Source: an uncultured Nitrososphaerales archaeon (GTDB lineage: Archaea > Thermoproteota > Nitrososphaeria > Nitrososphaerales > Nitrososphaeraceae). From it: 64,000 bases of DNA. Location: positions 61,892 through 125,891 of the forward strand of contig CAVQMO010000003.1 in assembly GCA_963713605.1 (NCBI GenBank), in the 5' to 3' direction. This document shows positions 1 through 11,235 of this stretch, in pieces (position 1 is the first letter of the stretch; each line of letters starts with the position of its first letter). The position numbers and the translations under genes were made by a program. The notes under the pieces were generated by a model that made no database searches, was not told where the DNA came from, and worked only from the letters and a program-made list of their open reading frames with translations.

Positions 1-1
1 T

Positions 2-52
2 AAAAAATTGCAAGAGGTTTATCCTGAGAAACCTATTCAAGTTCAGGTCTGA
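2..52 (+). CDS. 3' end of an upstream gene (partial)
   Basis: Open frame KKLQEVYPEKPIQVQV* running in from the window edge. Confidence 0.3.
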   Translation, partial: KKLQEVYPEKPIQVQV

Positions 53-104
53 CTGTAGATCGTAAAAGGACGATTAAGGTCATTAGATGAAAGTAGACTA
101 AGGG

Positions 105-428
105 ATGGTCGATAAAGCTCTAAAGTCTCAAAGCGGAAGAGATTTCGTCATCAAATACGTACCTGTCTCTAACGGATGCATTATTTTGATATCAGAAGAT
201 TCCGACCAAATAGGAGCTATCTCAGTTTCCATTTCATCGTCCAATAGAAGTAATACTGCCAAGGTTATTCCAAGTAAATATGATTCAGTATTCCTAAATA
301 CTATTACTGAGATGGTATCCAGAATGAAAAATGGAATATGCATAACCTCACTGTACAGCACCAAACAGCTGACATTGGATGATATGAAAACTATTATGGA
401 TCAGATACGAGATCTTATTGGAACCTAA
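105..428 (+). CDS. Conserved hypothetical protein (possibly proteasome assembly chaperone 4-like)
   Basis: Intact 107-aa ORF with normal globular composition; family guess from memory only. Confidence 0.5.
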   Translation: MVDKALKSQSGRDFVIKYVPVSNGCIILISEDSDQIGAISVSISSSNRSNTAKVIPSKYDSVFLNTITEMVSRMKNGICITSLYSTKQLTLDDMKTIMDQIRDLIGT

Positions 429-476
429 GCATAAAAATAATATGTGCTTATATGAGCCTGGTATTCTTTAAATCAT

Positions 477-1400
477 ATGAATATTACTTTTATTTATGAA
501 GATAATCCTCCATTTGACAGAAAAATCGAAAATGTCACTTCAGGTCTAAAACCAATCTGTAAGAAAATTCTGCAGAGTATCAAAAAAAATGCCGTAATTA
601 TTGCTGATTATATCACTTCGATGCAAGCAGAGATCAATCCTTCAGATCATTATAAGAAGAATGTAATCTTGCTTTTGTGCAGATTCTCTCAAAGCAATAA
701 AGATAAGCCATTACAAAAGATAATACGATAAGACGTAGTAGCTTTTCTAGACCGTCTTAGAAAACCTGAATCAGCTGATCCCTTGCACAAATGGATTGGC
801 ACTTACAATTTGTATGGAATCTACTTTCTACGTTTCTTTAAATGGTTGTATTATCCTGATGTTGAACCAAGTAAAAGAGCAAAACCGCAGGTTGTAGATA
901 ATATCCCACAGTTAAAAAGAAAAGAACAATTCATATACAAACCCTCAGATCTCTGGTCGCAAGAAGATGATCTTCTCTTCTTGAGATATTGCCCATCCAA
1001 GAGAACGAAATGCTATCATGCCATGTCTAGGGACACTGGTTGTAGGCCACACGAACTATTAAAGTTAAGAATTAAAGATATTGTATTCAAGAACGCAGGA
1101 GGTAAGCAATATGCAGAAGTTCTGCTAACAGGTAAGACATGTTCCAGGCAAATATCTCAAATAGACTCTCTGCCTTACATTAAAGACTATTTAGACCATG
1201 AACACCCGCAACCAACCAATTTTAATGCACCATTATTTGCAGGAACGAGAAAGAGTCTTGGTAGAAGATAGGTGTTACCCGTCTTCATAGGATCTATGAC
1301 AACTATAAGAAAATCTATTTCCCAAACTGCTTCAGAATCCTGTAAGTGTTCGCCAAGAGTATAAACAAAAGATAAAGGAATTATTGAAGAAGCCTTATAG
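477..1400 (+). pseudogene. Tyrosine recombinase/integrase, degraded
   Basis: DPLHKWIGTYNLY, KPSDLW, DTGCRPHELLKLRIKD match 42165..43594; in-frame TAA at 729-731, frameshift near 1270, ends before the RH motif and catalytic Tyr. Confidence 0.85.
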
Positions 1401-1457
1401 AACTTTAGAACAATGACGGAATATTGAATTTAATAAAAATAGAAGAGAATAGTATCT

Positions 1458-2168
1458 CTATATTACGCGAAGGTCTGTTTGTTCAAAACTTGACTGATAG
1501 CTATCTTTACCAACTTCAATCTCTGTGTCGTAAGTTCCTATATCAGAGTTTGGTCCTAGTTGTACTGTAAATGTCGCATGTCCATTACTATTGGTATACA
1601 TTGTTTGAGTTGTTTTATCATCATTATCTATTGTATAATCCTGATTAGAGGATATACTTCCTCCTGCTGCTGTAGCTGCAGCAGCTGCAAACGCCGTATT
1701 ATCCCTTAATGAAGATGATGTGTCATCAACAGCTAATTTTACAAATGCATCCGAGATTGGGTTGCCAGTGTTTCTATCCTTAACGGTTATTGTAAGATAC
1801 GTCTTCTCTCCTATTTTTACAGGATTCTTTGTATATGAATACTCTACCAAGAATTGGTTTGATATTTGTGAATTATCATTATTACCGCAGCCGACAATTC
1901 CTTCAAATAAGGATGAAAACTTTCCTCCTGCAATGTCATTTGTAATACCACAGAAGCTATCACCATCTGTAGCTATGCTCTCTTCACCATCAAATGCAGC
2001 TGCTCTACCATCTCCTTCAGCGTCAACGTCAACAGCAGCAATCAAATTGTGAGTTTGAATCGATGACACTGACAGAAATGATAATAACAACAGCAAAGAG
2101 AAACATGTCAGTATAGAGCTTGGGGCCAAATTCCTAAATTTAGTTGCTAGTTCTATATTCTTATACAT
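1458..2168 (-). CDS. Secreted protein with Ig-like C-terminal domain and poly-Ala insert
   Basis: Hydrophobic N-terminus; LTITVKD-GNPISDAFVKL ... TNSNGHATFTV beta-sandwich pattern. Confidence 0.65.
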   Translation of the reverse strand: MYKNIELATKFRNLAPSSILTCFSLLLLLSFLSVSSIQTHNLIAAVDVDAEGDGRAAAFDGEESIATDGDSFCGITNDIAGGKFSSLFEGIVGCGNNDNSQISNQFLVEYSYTKNPVKIGEKTYLTITVKDRNTGNPISDAFVKLAVDDTSSSLRDNTAFAAAAATAAGGSISSNQDYTIDNDDKTTQTMYTNSNGHATFTVQLGPNSDIGTYDTEIEVGKDSYQSSFEQTDLRVI

Positions 2169-2412
2169 ATTACTATTATCATCTCATCCCCTATTTTAAG
2201 CTAGTATGATTACCTGCAATTTGACATTTGAAATAAGGAACAATTGCTAATATTACTACTATTATTGCAGTCATCGCCTTATGGAGCAGCTGCAGCTAAC
2301 CTACCTAACTTCTGCGGCTCTAGCAATTACTCAAACAATGAGCATCAGCTATAAAATTATATGACAAATATTCTATAACTTTAAATGCTATCCATAATTT
2401 TATAGTAATAAG

Positions 2413-2710
2413 ATGAAGTCAAAGTTATCTATAACTTTAGTAGCTCTGTTGGCGTTGGGTCTAGCAATCCCGGGTTTGACATTGGCTCCACAACATGTTT
2501 TCGCGGACGGTGACGATAATGATGACGACTGTGGATCAGCAGCGGCTGCAGCGGCGGCAGAGGATAGCGCAGCAGGCAGCAGCTGCTTCAGGATGCGACG
2601 ACGATGACGATGATGGTGGTTCAGCGGCAGCAGCGAGCAGGATCTGCATCAGCAGCAAGCGCTGCGTCAGGTGGATCAGCTGCAGCAGCGGCAGCAGCCA
2701 GCTAAATTAG
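2413..2710 (+). CDS. Small secreted Ala/Asp-rich peptide (frameshifted)
   Basis: Signal peptide ending VFA, then DDND-C-GSAAAAAAA blocks continuing across frames; TTTAAA at about 2380. Confidence 0.6.
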
Positions 2711-3076
2711 GCAGCGCTGGTTGCTACGCCCAATTTTTTTATTTTCTTATAAATATAATTGCGTTTGTTTTGTCCTTATAGTAGAGTCAACTATGGCTTG
2801 AGTGCTGAGGGTAGTACATCCGACTCCCTACCTGTTTGCATCTGATAACATTGTTCCAGCACATTCTGTAGCAGGGTTTATGGTAAATCCAGTTTTAGAA
2901 CATCAACAACAGGCAAGAACCTCAAGTTATATCGAATTTATGTATCAATAAGCAAGGATCACGATTTAGTAAAGATTCTTAATTTCCTTTATTTGTTAGA
3001 AGGCGATCATGAGAGGCAAGGTTCTATTATTCTGAAGAAAGAAAAATCAAGGTGACTATGTTTTTAGTCTATTTGT

Positions 3077-3630
3077 CTACATCGGTGGCAAGCCAAAGAA
3101 GGCTCTCAAACAAGCCATTGCTTGGTCAATCGTGGGTTCATCGACGGCTGAATCTATTAGATTGTTTTCTACTATGCTAGTTAATGCGAATTCTATTACT
3201 GCGGCTCCACTCACATTCATACATAACTGTTCGAGCGAGGTTAATTGACTTAATGTATCAGCAGACAGCTCATTCAGGAAAAGATCTATCTTTGTATTAC
3301 TGAGGAATGAGTAAAACACTCTTCGCATGTGTCTGGTGAGTTTGGTGGACTTGGACTTGGGAATCTTTGTTCAGCCGACAAAGCAACCACGTTCTTTTCT
3401 CATTGGACTTGGGAATGTATATTCTGACAGCCCATATTCAGAGGAAAGAATTCATTTTCACAAGCATTGGCTTGTGACGTTGCTTGATTCTTGCCGTATT
3501 TCTCTGCGAATACATTTTGTGTTGTTGACATTATTATTGTGGCAGTAGTTGAAAGCAACATTAGTGCTGTTGTTGCTGCTAGTGAGGGAATTACAAACTT
3601 GTGTTTCTTCCTTGTCTCTTTGATACGCAT
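3077..3630 (-). pseudogene. Secreted Cys-containing protein, interrupted
   Basis: Signal peptide, NQATSQANAC...GCQN motif; in-frame stop near 3400 and frameshift into 3077..3328. Confidence 0.55.
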
Positions 3631-3821
3631 GACTAGACTACCGCAAAGATAGGCATTTCAGTTTATTTCGGTTACATGAAATCTGGCTCCTAATTAAATC
3701 TTAGATATTTTCTGTGAGATTTTCATTTATTATTCCTTAATGCCAGAATTGCATGGATGATTTAAGTGAGTCGACTCATGATACCTCGTAAATCTATAAT
3801 TAGTAATGAGGACTACAACGT

Positions 3822-4274
3822 TTACATTTGATCATTGATCTGTTTAACACTCTTTCTAATCTCATCAATAAGTGTTTGAATCTGTTGATTTTGCTGGTGT
3901 ATGAATGTAGAGAGTTGATTTAAAAGATTACCCATATTCATGCCTTCCTTATCGATAGTATGGCTACCTAGAGATGGATCTCCAAATAATGAATTATGCA
4001 TATCGTGTAAATGTTGCTCGTTATAATCTCGTCCTAATATTTTTGATAATACTCTAATTGTATTATCTTGTTCACTCATTACAGTTAACATCCGGCCTAC
4101 GCTTACAGTAGCAGGGTTACCACCTAACTGTGAATCTAGAAATTGTTTGTTAAATCGTGCTGCATTATAAATGACTTTTTGCGGAGTATTTTCATACTGT
4201 GCAGATTTTACATTGTGATCTTGTGGGCTATTTTTATCCTCATTAATCATTACGTTCTGTATACAATCAACCAA
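3822..4274 (-). CDS. Hypothetical helical protein
   Basis: 150-aa ORF, C-terminal coiled-coil-like segment. Confidence 0.55.
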   Translation of the reverse strand: MVDCIQNVMINEDKNSPQDHNVKSAQYENTPQKVIYNAARFNKQFLDSQLGGNPATVSVGRMLTVMSEQDNTIRVLSKILGRDYNEQHLHDMHNSLFGDPSLGSHTIDKEGMNMGNLLNQLSTFIHQQNQQIQTLIDEIRKSVKQINDQM

Positions 4275-4599
4275 TATGAGTGATACTTCTGGATAAAGGG
4301 ACGTCTAGTCTATATCTCCTATCAATCAGCTGTTAGTGCCAGAACTGCAGAGATATGCCAAACAGATTCATCCTTCAGAGATCCCAGGAACCGCAACCTT
4401 CCTAAACAAATGTGGAGATACGATGGTGCTCTCAGGATAGTTGGATAGTCTAGACCGAACGCCAACCTTGTTGCCAGCATTTCTGTATGCTGCTCAAGTC
4501 GTGAAACAAATCTCATAGAAGAGATCTGGTATTAAAGTCATAGTCATAGCCATATCTCACCAATCTCAGATAAGCAAGAAGATAAGCTGGTTCTTCGTA

Positions 4600-4896
4600 A
4601 TGGGACTGAATAAGTCTTGCATCATTCTCTCGCATTCGGTTCTCGTACTCATAATACTAACTTCTGTTATGACTCTGATGTCATTCCCTGCAACTGAGGA
4701 AGTTGCTGCTAACAGTAGACTGGATATGCACAGCAGATCGATAGATATTGATATTTGTATAAGATGTAATTCTTCTATACCTGGTCCTCCTGGACCTCAG
4801 GGAGAGACAGGTGATAAGGGTGATCTAGGCGAGCAGGGGCCTCCAGGACCTTCAAAAATAGCAGTAGTACCCTCGAACTCATACAATCGCCCGTAG
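4600..4896 (+). CDS. Short collagen-like secreted protein (probably truncated)
   Basis: Signal peptide plus GPPGPQGETGDKGDLGEQGPPGP Gly-X-Y run. Confidence 0.6.
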   Translation: MGLNKSCIILSHSVLVLIILTSVMTLMSFPATEEVAANSRLDMHSRSIDIDICIRCNSSIPGPPGPQGETGDKGDLGEQGPPGPSKIAVVPSNSYNRP

Positions 4897-5187
4897 ACTT
4901 ACAGCAGGGAATGTCTGTTGAAGCTACTTATATCAGTGCAGGAGTGAGAGGAGTGTGTGTGTTTACAATAGCGAATTTTTTTGTCAGACATATTTATAAT
5001 ACAGTGTGACCTAATTTGGGGTTCCCCTTTTCCACAGAACGGATCACAATTAACCTATGTCATAACGAAGCCCTGAATTGTAGGACTTTCATTCTTGACA
5101 AAATACACTGAAGTGAATACAGTCACAACTTGTATCAACAGAAACAATAACAGATAGGTTTTGTTTCCGTCAAGTCCTCACCAATGA

Positions 5188-5706
5188 TGTTTATCTAGTT
5201 TCCATTCGTCTGACACCACTGCTGTGCGAAGAGATGCTATGAGCTTCTGCAAAGTGGGATGGATCTTAGTTAACCTCTTGGACATCATTTATACGTCCAT
5301 TGCAGCATCTCCCTATGTCTTTTCTGGAAGTTGACAGGTATAATCTGCATGTCACCTGTACGCATCAGCCAGAGCTGCTCCTCTGTGTAGTAATGGTAGT
5401 TCTCGAACTTACCTATCCTCCTCTTTAGTTCTCGGATAACTTCTGGATTTGCACCGTCTACATACAGCTTGGTAATATGGTGTCTCTGCTTCAGTTGAAG
5501 GATGTGTTTTATTATTTGATTCATTTGTGGCTTGTCAAAGCGCTTTGCATAGCAGACTTCTACCTTGTTGTTTCTGTGTTGGGTAATAACTATATCAAAC
5601 TTGGATGTATCTCCCCATGCAACATCAATACCCATACTTCTTCCAATCATCACGTTCGTAGACCAGTCCAACATTTCTTGGCCTTGTTCTTGTGTTACTA
5701 TGGCCG
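5188..5706 (-). pseudogene. terL: Terminase large subunit, nuclease-domain fragment (copy A)
   Basis: MGIDVAWG and YVDGAN RNase H-like motifs; close match to 11231..11845; in-frame TGA at 5285; truncated at both ends. Confidence 0.8.
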
Positions 5707-5929
5707 CGACTGATTTCATAATCCATTTTATAAGAAATCTGTCATTGGTCTGTTGGGGAATTAGTCAATTATGAAAGATTGTTCTCTAATATGGCACGTG
5801 ACATCTTTTTCATTTGTCAGGGCCTGTTCCGGCCAGTCAGTGCGTTGGTCGCATCAATAATCTATAGATGGGATGATTAAAGTTATAAAAACTGCTTTGC
5901 AATACATAAGGTAATGACTACCATCATGG

Positions 5930-6961
5930 TTGGAATTCAGAATTCAGTTATCGGTACTGGATACCTCGGATGATTTTGAGATTAGGGAGATTTCCAAAGG
6001 TAATGACCCATTAGGTAGGAAGTCAGATCCTCCAAGGGCCAAGCCGCCATGCTTAGCATTTGATCCTCAAAACCCCGATCGCGTATACTGGGGTACTTTC
6101 GATAATGGTCTGTGGAAAACCGATGACCGTGGCCAGTCTTGGATTGATATTGGAAAAGATACTTTTTCCAGCCCCCAATTCATGTCCATTGTGGTTAGTT
6201 CTCTTAATAGTGGGGATAGGTTTAACAAGGTATATGCGGGAACCGAGCCAAGTGCACTCTATGTTTCAAATGATGGAGGGGATACTTGGGATAGAATGAA
6301 AGCATTAAATGATTTACCTTCATCAAAAACTTGGAACTTCCCTCCTAGACCATGGACCCATCACGTTCGTTGGATCGAACCTGATGCGATCAATCCGGAT
6401 TATCTTTTTGTCGCTATAGAAGCAGGAGCTCTGGTACAAAGTCGTGATGGAGGTAAAACTTGGATAGACAGAGTTAAAGAAGGCCCATATGACACACATA
6501 CTTTGGCCACTCATCCAAAAGCGCCCAAGCGCCTCTATTCGTCTGCAGGTGACGGGTACTTTGAAAGTTTTGATTATGGAGAATCATGGACTAGACCCAT
6601 GGAAGGATTGAGACATAGTTACCTTGTTGGGCTAGCAGTTGATTCAGGCAATCCTGATGTTGTAATCGTCTCAGCTTCCGATGGCCCTTTTAAATCATTT
6701 TCTCCCAACGATGCTGAAACATTTCTATACCGGAAAGATGGTGAGGATAGGAAAAAATGGAAGGTTGTTTCAAACGGCCTTCCTGAACCAAATGGAACCA
6801 CTATGTCGATCTTATCATCGAATCAAAAGGTTCAAGGAGAGTTTTATGCCGTCAACAACCATGGTATCTTTATTTCAACTGATTCGGGTGAATCATGGAG
6901 GAAACTTACTACTGAATGGCCAAACGAATATACTCCTTTCGCGCTTGCTGTTAGCGACTAG
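5930..6961 (+). CDS. BNR/Asp-box repeat beta-propeller (glycosyl hydrolase-like)
   Basis: Repeated S-x-D-x-G-x-[ST]-W boxes (SNDGGDTW, SRDGGKTW, SFDYGESW, STDSGESW); N-terminus looks altered. Confidence 0.85.
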   Translation: MEFRIQLSVLDTSDDFEIREISKGNDPLGRKSDPPRAKPPCLAFDPQNPDRVYWGTFDNGLWKTDDRGQSWIDIGKDTFSSPQFMSIVVSSLNSGDRFNKVYAGTEPSALYVSNDGGDTWDRMKALNDLPSSKTWNFPPRPWTHHVRWIEPDAINPDYLFVAIEAGALVQSRDGGKTWIDRVKEGPYDTHTLATHPKAPKRLYSSAGDGYFESFDYGESWTRPMEGLRHSYLVGLAVDSGNPDVVIVSASDGPFKSFSPNDAETFLYRKDGEDRKKWKVVSNGLPEPNGTTMSILSSNQKVQGEFYAVNNHGIFISTDSGESWRKLTTEWPNEYTPFALAVSD

Positions 6962-8039
6962 TAGTAAAATAGGTCTAGTATTCGGTTCATTAAAGGCCAT
7001 TGAAAGGTGAATCGACTGTGTCGACTATGACTAATGTTACTTGATATAGAACAGTACATGGTGCTAAGATAGTAGCCTCTGTTGCTTCATCTCTGACAAG
7101 AATAGATCCTTTGATGTTTAGTAAATTTGTTACTTGTTACAATAACAGTCTTACACACGCCCATTGGTTTAAGATTAATATTAGAAGATACATGATACAT
7201 CCCATCTGCGAATATCTGACCGGAAATCACAATATTGAATCATAAATCGTAGTGCCATATTGTATTTCTTTTGCTATATCTTTTCCCAACCAAATCGATC
7301 TCTATCATCCTTAGGTGTAGATTGTCTAGTGTAATTCAGAACTAAATCGTGGTTCCATATCTTTTCATAAAGAACTCTTCATCATTCTCCAAATCAATTT
7401 TTGCAAGCTCTGCTGGTGAATAGCCATAGAATTCAGTTTGTTCTAACCCCAAAGACTTTCTGATTCCGGCCTATGTACATTTCTCATACCTTCATTATCA
7501 GAATTTCAAATGATATAATAGATAGATATTGATCCAATTACCTTAATAAGGTGCATTGAACCAGCAGCTGTTAACGTGTGCCAGTTGTGGTAATAAACAA
7601 TATGTTCACCTACAGTTAGTCGAAGTCTGTGATAGGTGTGGCGCTAAGAACTGGACCACATAAAGGATATCAATAAGTGACTCTAAGCGTCGCGCTAAGC
7701 TTCAGTTAACGTATATAATGAAGCAATCCCTTTTTATTTTTTAATCTTACTTATTTCCGATGTCGGGATTACCTTCTACTTGTAGAATATAGAAAATATG
7801 TTATACTTTTGAAAAGTTAATAACAATTAAGGGTCTGGCAATTCTATGAAAGTGAGAATATATTTTCATATAAATTGAAAATACACTCCCCCAGTTCTGG
7901 CCTTATTGTTCGTAAAGATGAAATTGAATTTTTACATTGGACAGCAACTCGAATCTATTCTGGGTCGTTTGGCCGATTTGAAATACGGTGAAAGAACACG
8001 AGCCATCGAGATTACAGAAGCAAACACACACTTAAGTAT

Positions 8040-8430
8040 TTAAGATTGTGAAGTTACCCGTACCTCTACAGTCTCCCTAATGATATTCATTTCGCCATTT
8101 ACGGTCCATCTGCCACCATTTAGGTGCGATAACTTAGGAGCAGATGTCCACACGGTTCCCTCAGCAGTAACTTTCGCAAATCCTCTTTTGTTTGGACTCA
8201 ATTGAGTTCCCGTTCCAGTTCCTGCAATAGATTCACCGTTTTTAGTCATGTGTAAATACTTTATGGTTAGTGTTGCACTTCCATCTGATAGCATTGTAGA
8301 TTCTACTGTGTCCCAGTGAACTCATGAATAGTATTTTCCAGTGACCTGTCCCTTGCCATTAGTCTCAAGCCTAACAATTTCATTGTTAATATCAACGATT
8401 CGCGTACTTGTTGCTTTGGCTTTTACGATG
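8040..8430 (-). pseudogene. Hypothetical beta-barrel protein fragment
   Basis: 84-aa ORF with a protein-like frameshifted upstream extension. Confidence 0.4.
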
Positions 8431-9045
8431 ACATCATATTTGGCAGATGACCGCAACTATAGCTGGGATTCCCCTTCCAGCAATCAACCTTAACTTGACA
8501 GGTTTGGATGGTGGACTACGAAATGGCGTTCATTCCCTGTGACTCTGATGGAGCAGTATGGGGGCACCACCTGGACCTAATAATATGTCAGCAGATGCAG
8601 TACCAACTCATGCTTCGCCCATTACCAATGGGAAATCATACACTTCATTTTAATGGCGCGAAGCATTGTTTTAATAAAATTATGTATTTGTTTGCTGAGG
8701 CGGTCTCCTACTGGTACTGTATCTATTACTGTGAGACTAGCTGCATCTATCAGAGACAACGTGTGCATTTACATTTGCTACATAGACTCTATTATTTACA
8801 GGATCATATGCTACATCAATTGGGTCTCCTCCTACATGTATAAGCTCTACAATTGGAGGCACTAAAACGCCAAGAACTTATACAACGGATAATAGAAAAA
8901 CGGGAATAGTTTCATGTGAATGGGTAAGCCTCCTTACTACAGCAGAAGTACTTAGTCCATTTTTAACAATAGATTGCAAACAATAGATTGTAAAAGTTTG
9001 AACAAGTATAGAATCTCCGATAACAATGGAAGGAAAAGTTTGTCG

Positions 9046-9405
9046 CTAGCATGTGTTTGAATGTGTGACTCTTTTATCGAATTTGAATCCAACTACAAAT
9101 ACCAGCAGTAAATAACTGGGGTTGCCCTTAGTTCTTGAAACCATCTTTATTGCTATTACACCTAAAATTCCCGATTTCTCCAGAGCAGACACGACACTGA
9201 ACATACCGAAGAGAAATAGTATGATATCTAGGTTAATTGCTTTAAAAGCAGATTCTACACTTATCACCTGAAAGAGCACCATCAATAGTGCCCCAACTGT
9301 CATTGATGTCCATATGGGAATATTGCCAAACCTTCTTCTTTGTATAATTAGTACATAGACCAATACTAGAATTCCTAGGGACACGTATGCGCTTATTGCC
9401 AACAA
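9046..9405 (-). pseudogene. ArsB/SLC13-type permease, N-terminal fragment
   Basis: IPIWTSMTVGALLMV...AFKAINLDIILFLFGMFSVVSALEKSG; breaks off after about 105 aa. Confidence 0.75.
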
Positions 9406-9617
9406 TCTTTAGATGTCTATGATAAAAGGTCGAAATCGATAATAGATAACTGTTGCTAAAATAATTTACAACTATGTTATCTTGGTTATAATGGATTCCG
9501 CACAAACCAGCCGTAGAATATCACTAGCGATTTCATTCGTGAAAAAATGATATACGATAACTAGTAACACCTTGCTTACCAGCATTATTCAGATAGGCCC
9601 AGAGGTCATTTAGACCA

Positions 9618-10030
9618 TCAAATAATGATTTGCTCCGGAAGGTTGGTAAGGACGTAATGTAGGGCTTCGCTGTCGAAAGGAGGAGTGGAGCATTCTATTT
9701 GGAATTGGCCCGGATCTTAATCTACTGTATCGCAGAAATAGTTATTATCTACACCAGTTGCCACTTCGACGCTGATGAATGCACTATTAAAACCGGATAC
9801 GTCTGTGTCACTTATAGTAAAGGCAGTAACAACCCCGTCAGGATCCCATTCTACTGCATGTCCGCCTGCACTATCAAAAACAACTACCTTCTTCATAAAA
9901 CTCTCTGCAGATTTTGTAGAGGTAATAGTATTATCAGCGATATCGCTTGAACCTATCTGTATACGTTCGTCCGTGAAGGACCGTCTATCAGATTTCCGCT
10001 AGTATCTCTCGTCGTTATGGTGGCTGTGAA
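9618..10030 (-). pseudogene. Orphan C-terminal module paralogous to the 3' half of 10058..11012
   Basis: Manual translation FTATITTRDTSGNLIDGP...QIGSSDIADNTITSTKSAESFMKKV...WDPDG...ALHYVLTNLP; no start codon or signal peptide; one TAA near 9717 and a small indel. Confidence 0.8.
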
Positions 10031-10057
10031 AAAAATGTTGTTCAGTCGGTCTCTAAT

Positions 10058-11012
10058 CTAAGGTGTGTGAGGGGGAAGAACGGTAACCACATAATGTAAA
10101 ACGGAACCCTCTGGTGGTGCAGAGGAGCATACTATATCAAATCCCTCGACAGCATCGCTAGCTACATTGACTGGATCACAAAGATGGTTCGTGGAACCCA
10201 GTGGCAGAGACTCTACTATGATACTGACCATGGTAGAGTCACCCCCAAAATGTCTGTCTTCTTCTATTCCAAAATTCGTTTGCACTCCATCAGGATTCCA
10301 TCCCAGAGCGTTACCTGCTGCATTATCTTGCAACGTAACCCTCTTCATAAAATTCTCTGCAGGTTTTGTAGAGGTTATGCTGTTATCAGCTATGACATTG
10401 GCACCTATCTGTTTTATAGTATAAGCATTGGATTGAGTAGGTCCGTCAATGACGGTGTTGGCAGCGTTTCCTAGTCGTAACTGTAACTTTATAGTTAGAG
10501 CTCGGGTTCAGTGGATTGTTAATATTGGAGAATTCTAACCTAATTTTTGTACCTGCTGGTACATTTACAGCGTTTGTTACTGTGTATGTCAGCGTTTGTC
10601 CCGACTTACTGACAGTACCAGGACCTATTCCTTCTGCCTCATTAAAGAAAGAACTACTTGGTATCGTAGTACCCGCTGGAAAGGTCACCTGTATAGTCTT
10701 GATAGCACCTGCAGTACCAGTCAGAAATACAACATCGTAGAAAGAATTAGTGTTGACAATGTTATTTGTTGGTCTAGCAGAAAGAGAAGAAAGTGCTTGA
10801 ATAGTAAAGTCACTTCCATCTTGACCTATAGTCGATGGTCCTGAAGTACTACTATCAGTAGAGAAGGATGAGGCTGCTGCTGACGCAGGATTCACTAGTA
10901 TAAAGATAGGTGATGATACGACCATAAGCGTAATAATCAATGTTAAACCAAGTCTTAATCCTGACCTAGTCAGCGGTTTGAACGGTGATCCTAGTGAAGA
11001 TCCCCTTATCAT
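10058..11012 (-). CDS. Secreted modular adhesin-like protein, copy 1 (frameshift near 10470)
   Basis: Signal peptide, beta-sandwich domain, IADNSITSTK linker, C-terminal tip domain; ORFs 10446..11012 and 10058..10348 join. Confidence 0.75.
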
Positions 11013-11019
11013 GTATTAC

Positions 11020-11235
11020 AGGCTTGGTTAATCCGACTTATCTGCAGTTAGAGACTCTTCTCTTCCAAAGAAGTCTTAGATTTTGACTTGAAGATTCAAT
11101 GTATCCATTGATATATACTATTGTGATTGCAATAACAACCTCAAAGCCTCAGATAAGACATCTCAATATTGCAGATCAACTATATTCATGACATCTGCTA
11201 ATCCGCTATATCCTAAAGTTATCTAATGTGTCAGT
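11020..11235. repeat. About 200-bp leader shared with 25300..25525
   Basis: gttagagactctt...attcaatgtatccattgatatatactatt...aaagcctcagataagacatctcaatattgcagatcaactatattcatgac...gctatatcctaaagttatctaat present in both. Confidence 0.9.

Noticed and set aside
8470-8660. Fragment of a secreted-protein gene (GAPPGP...MLRPLPMGNHTLHFNG)
   Set aside because: Probably a real remnant but too short and degraded to call; the overlapping ORFs 8508..8843 and 8653..8865 look spurious.
9618-10420. DGR template/variable repeat pair
   Set aside because: Differences between orphan and gene involve all bases and indels, not adenine-specific changes; no reverse transcriptase in the window.
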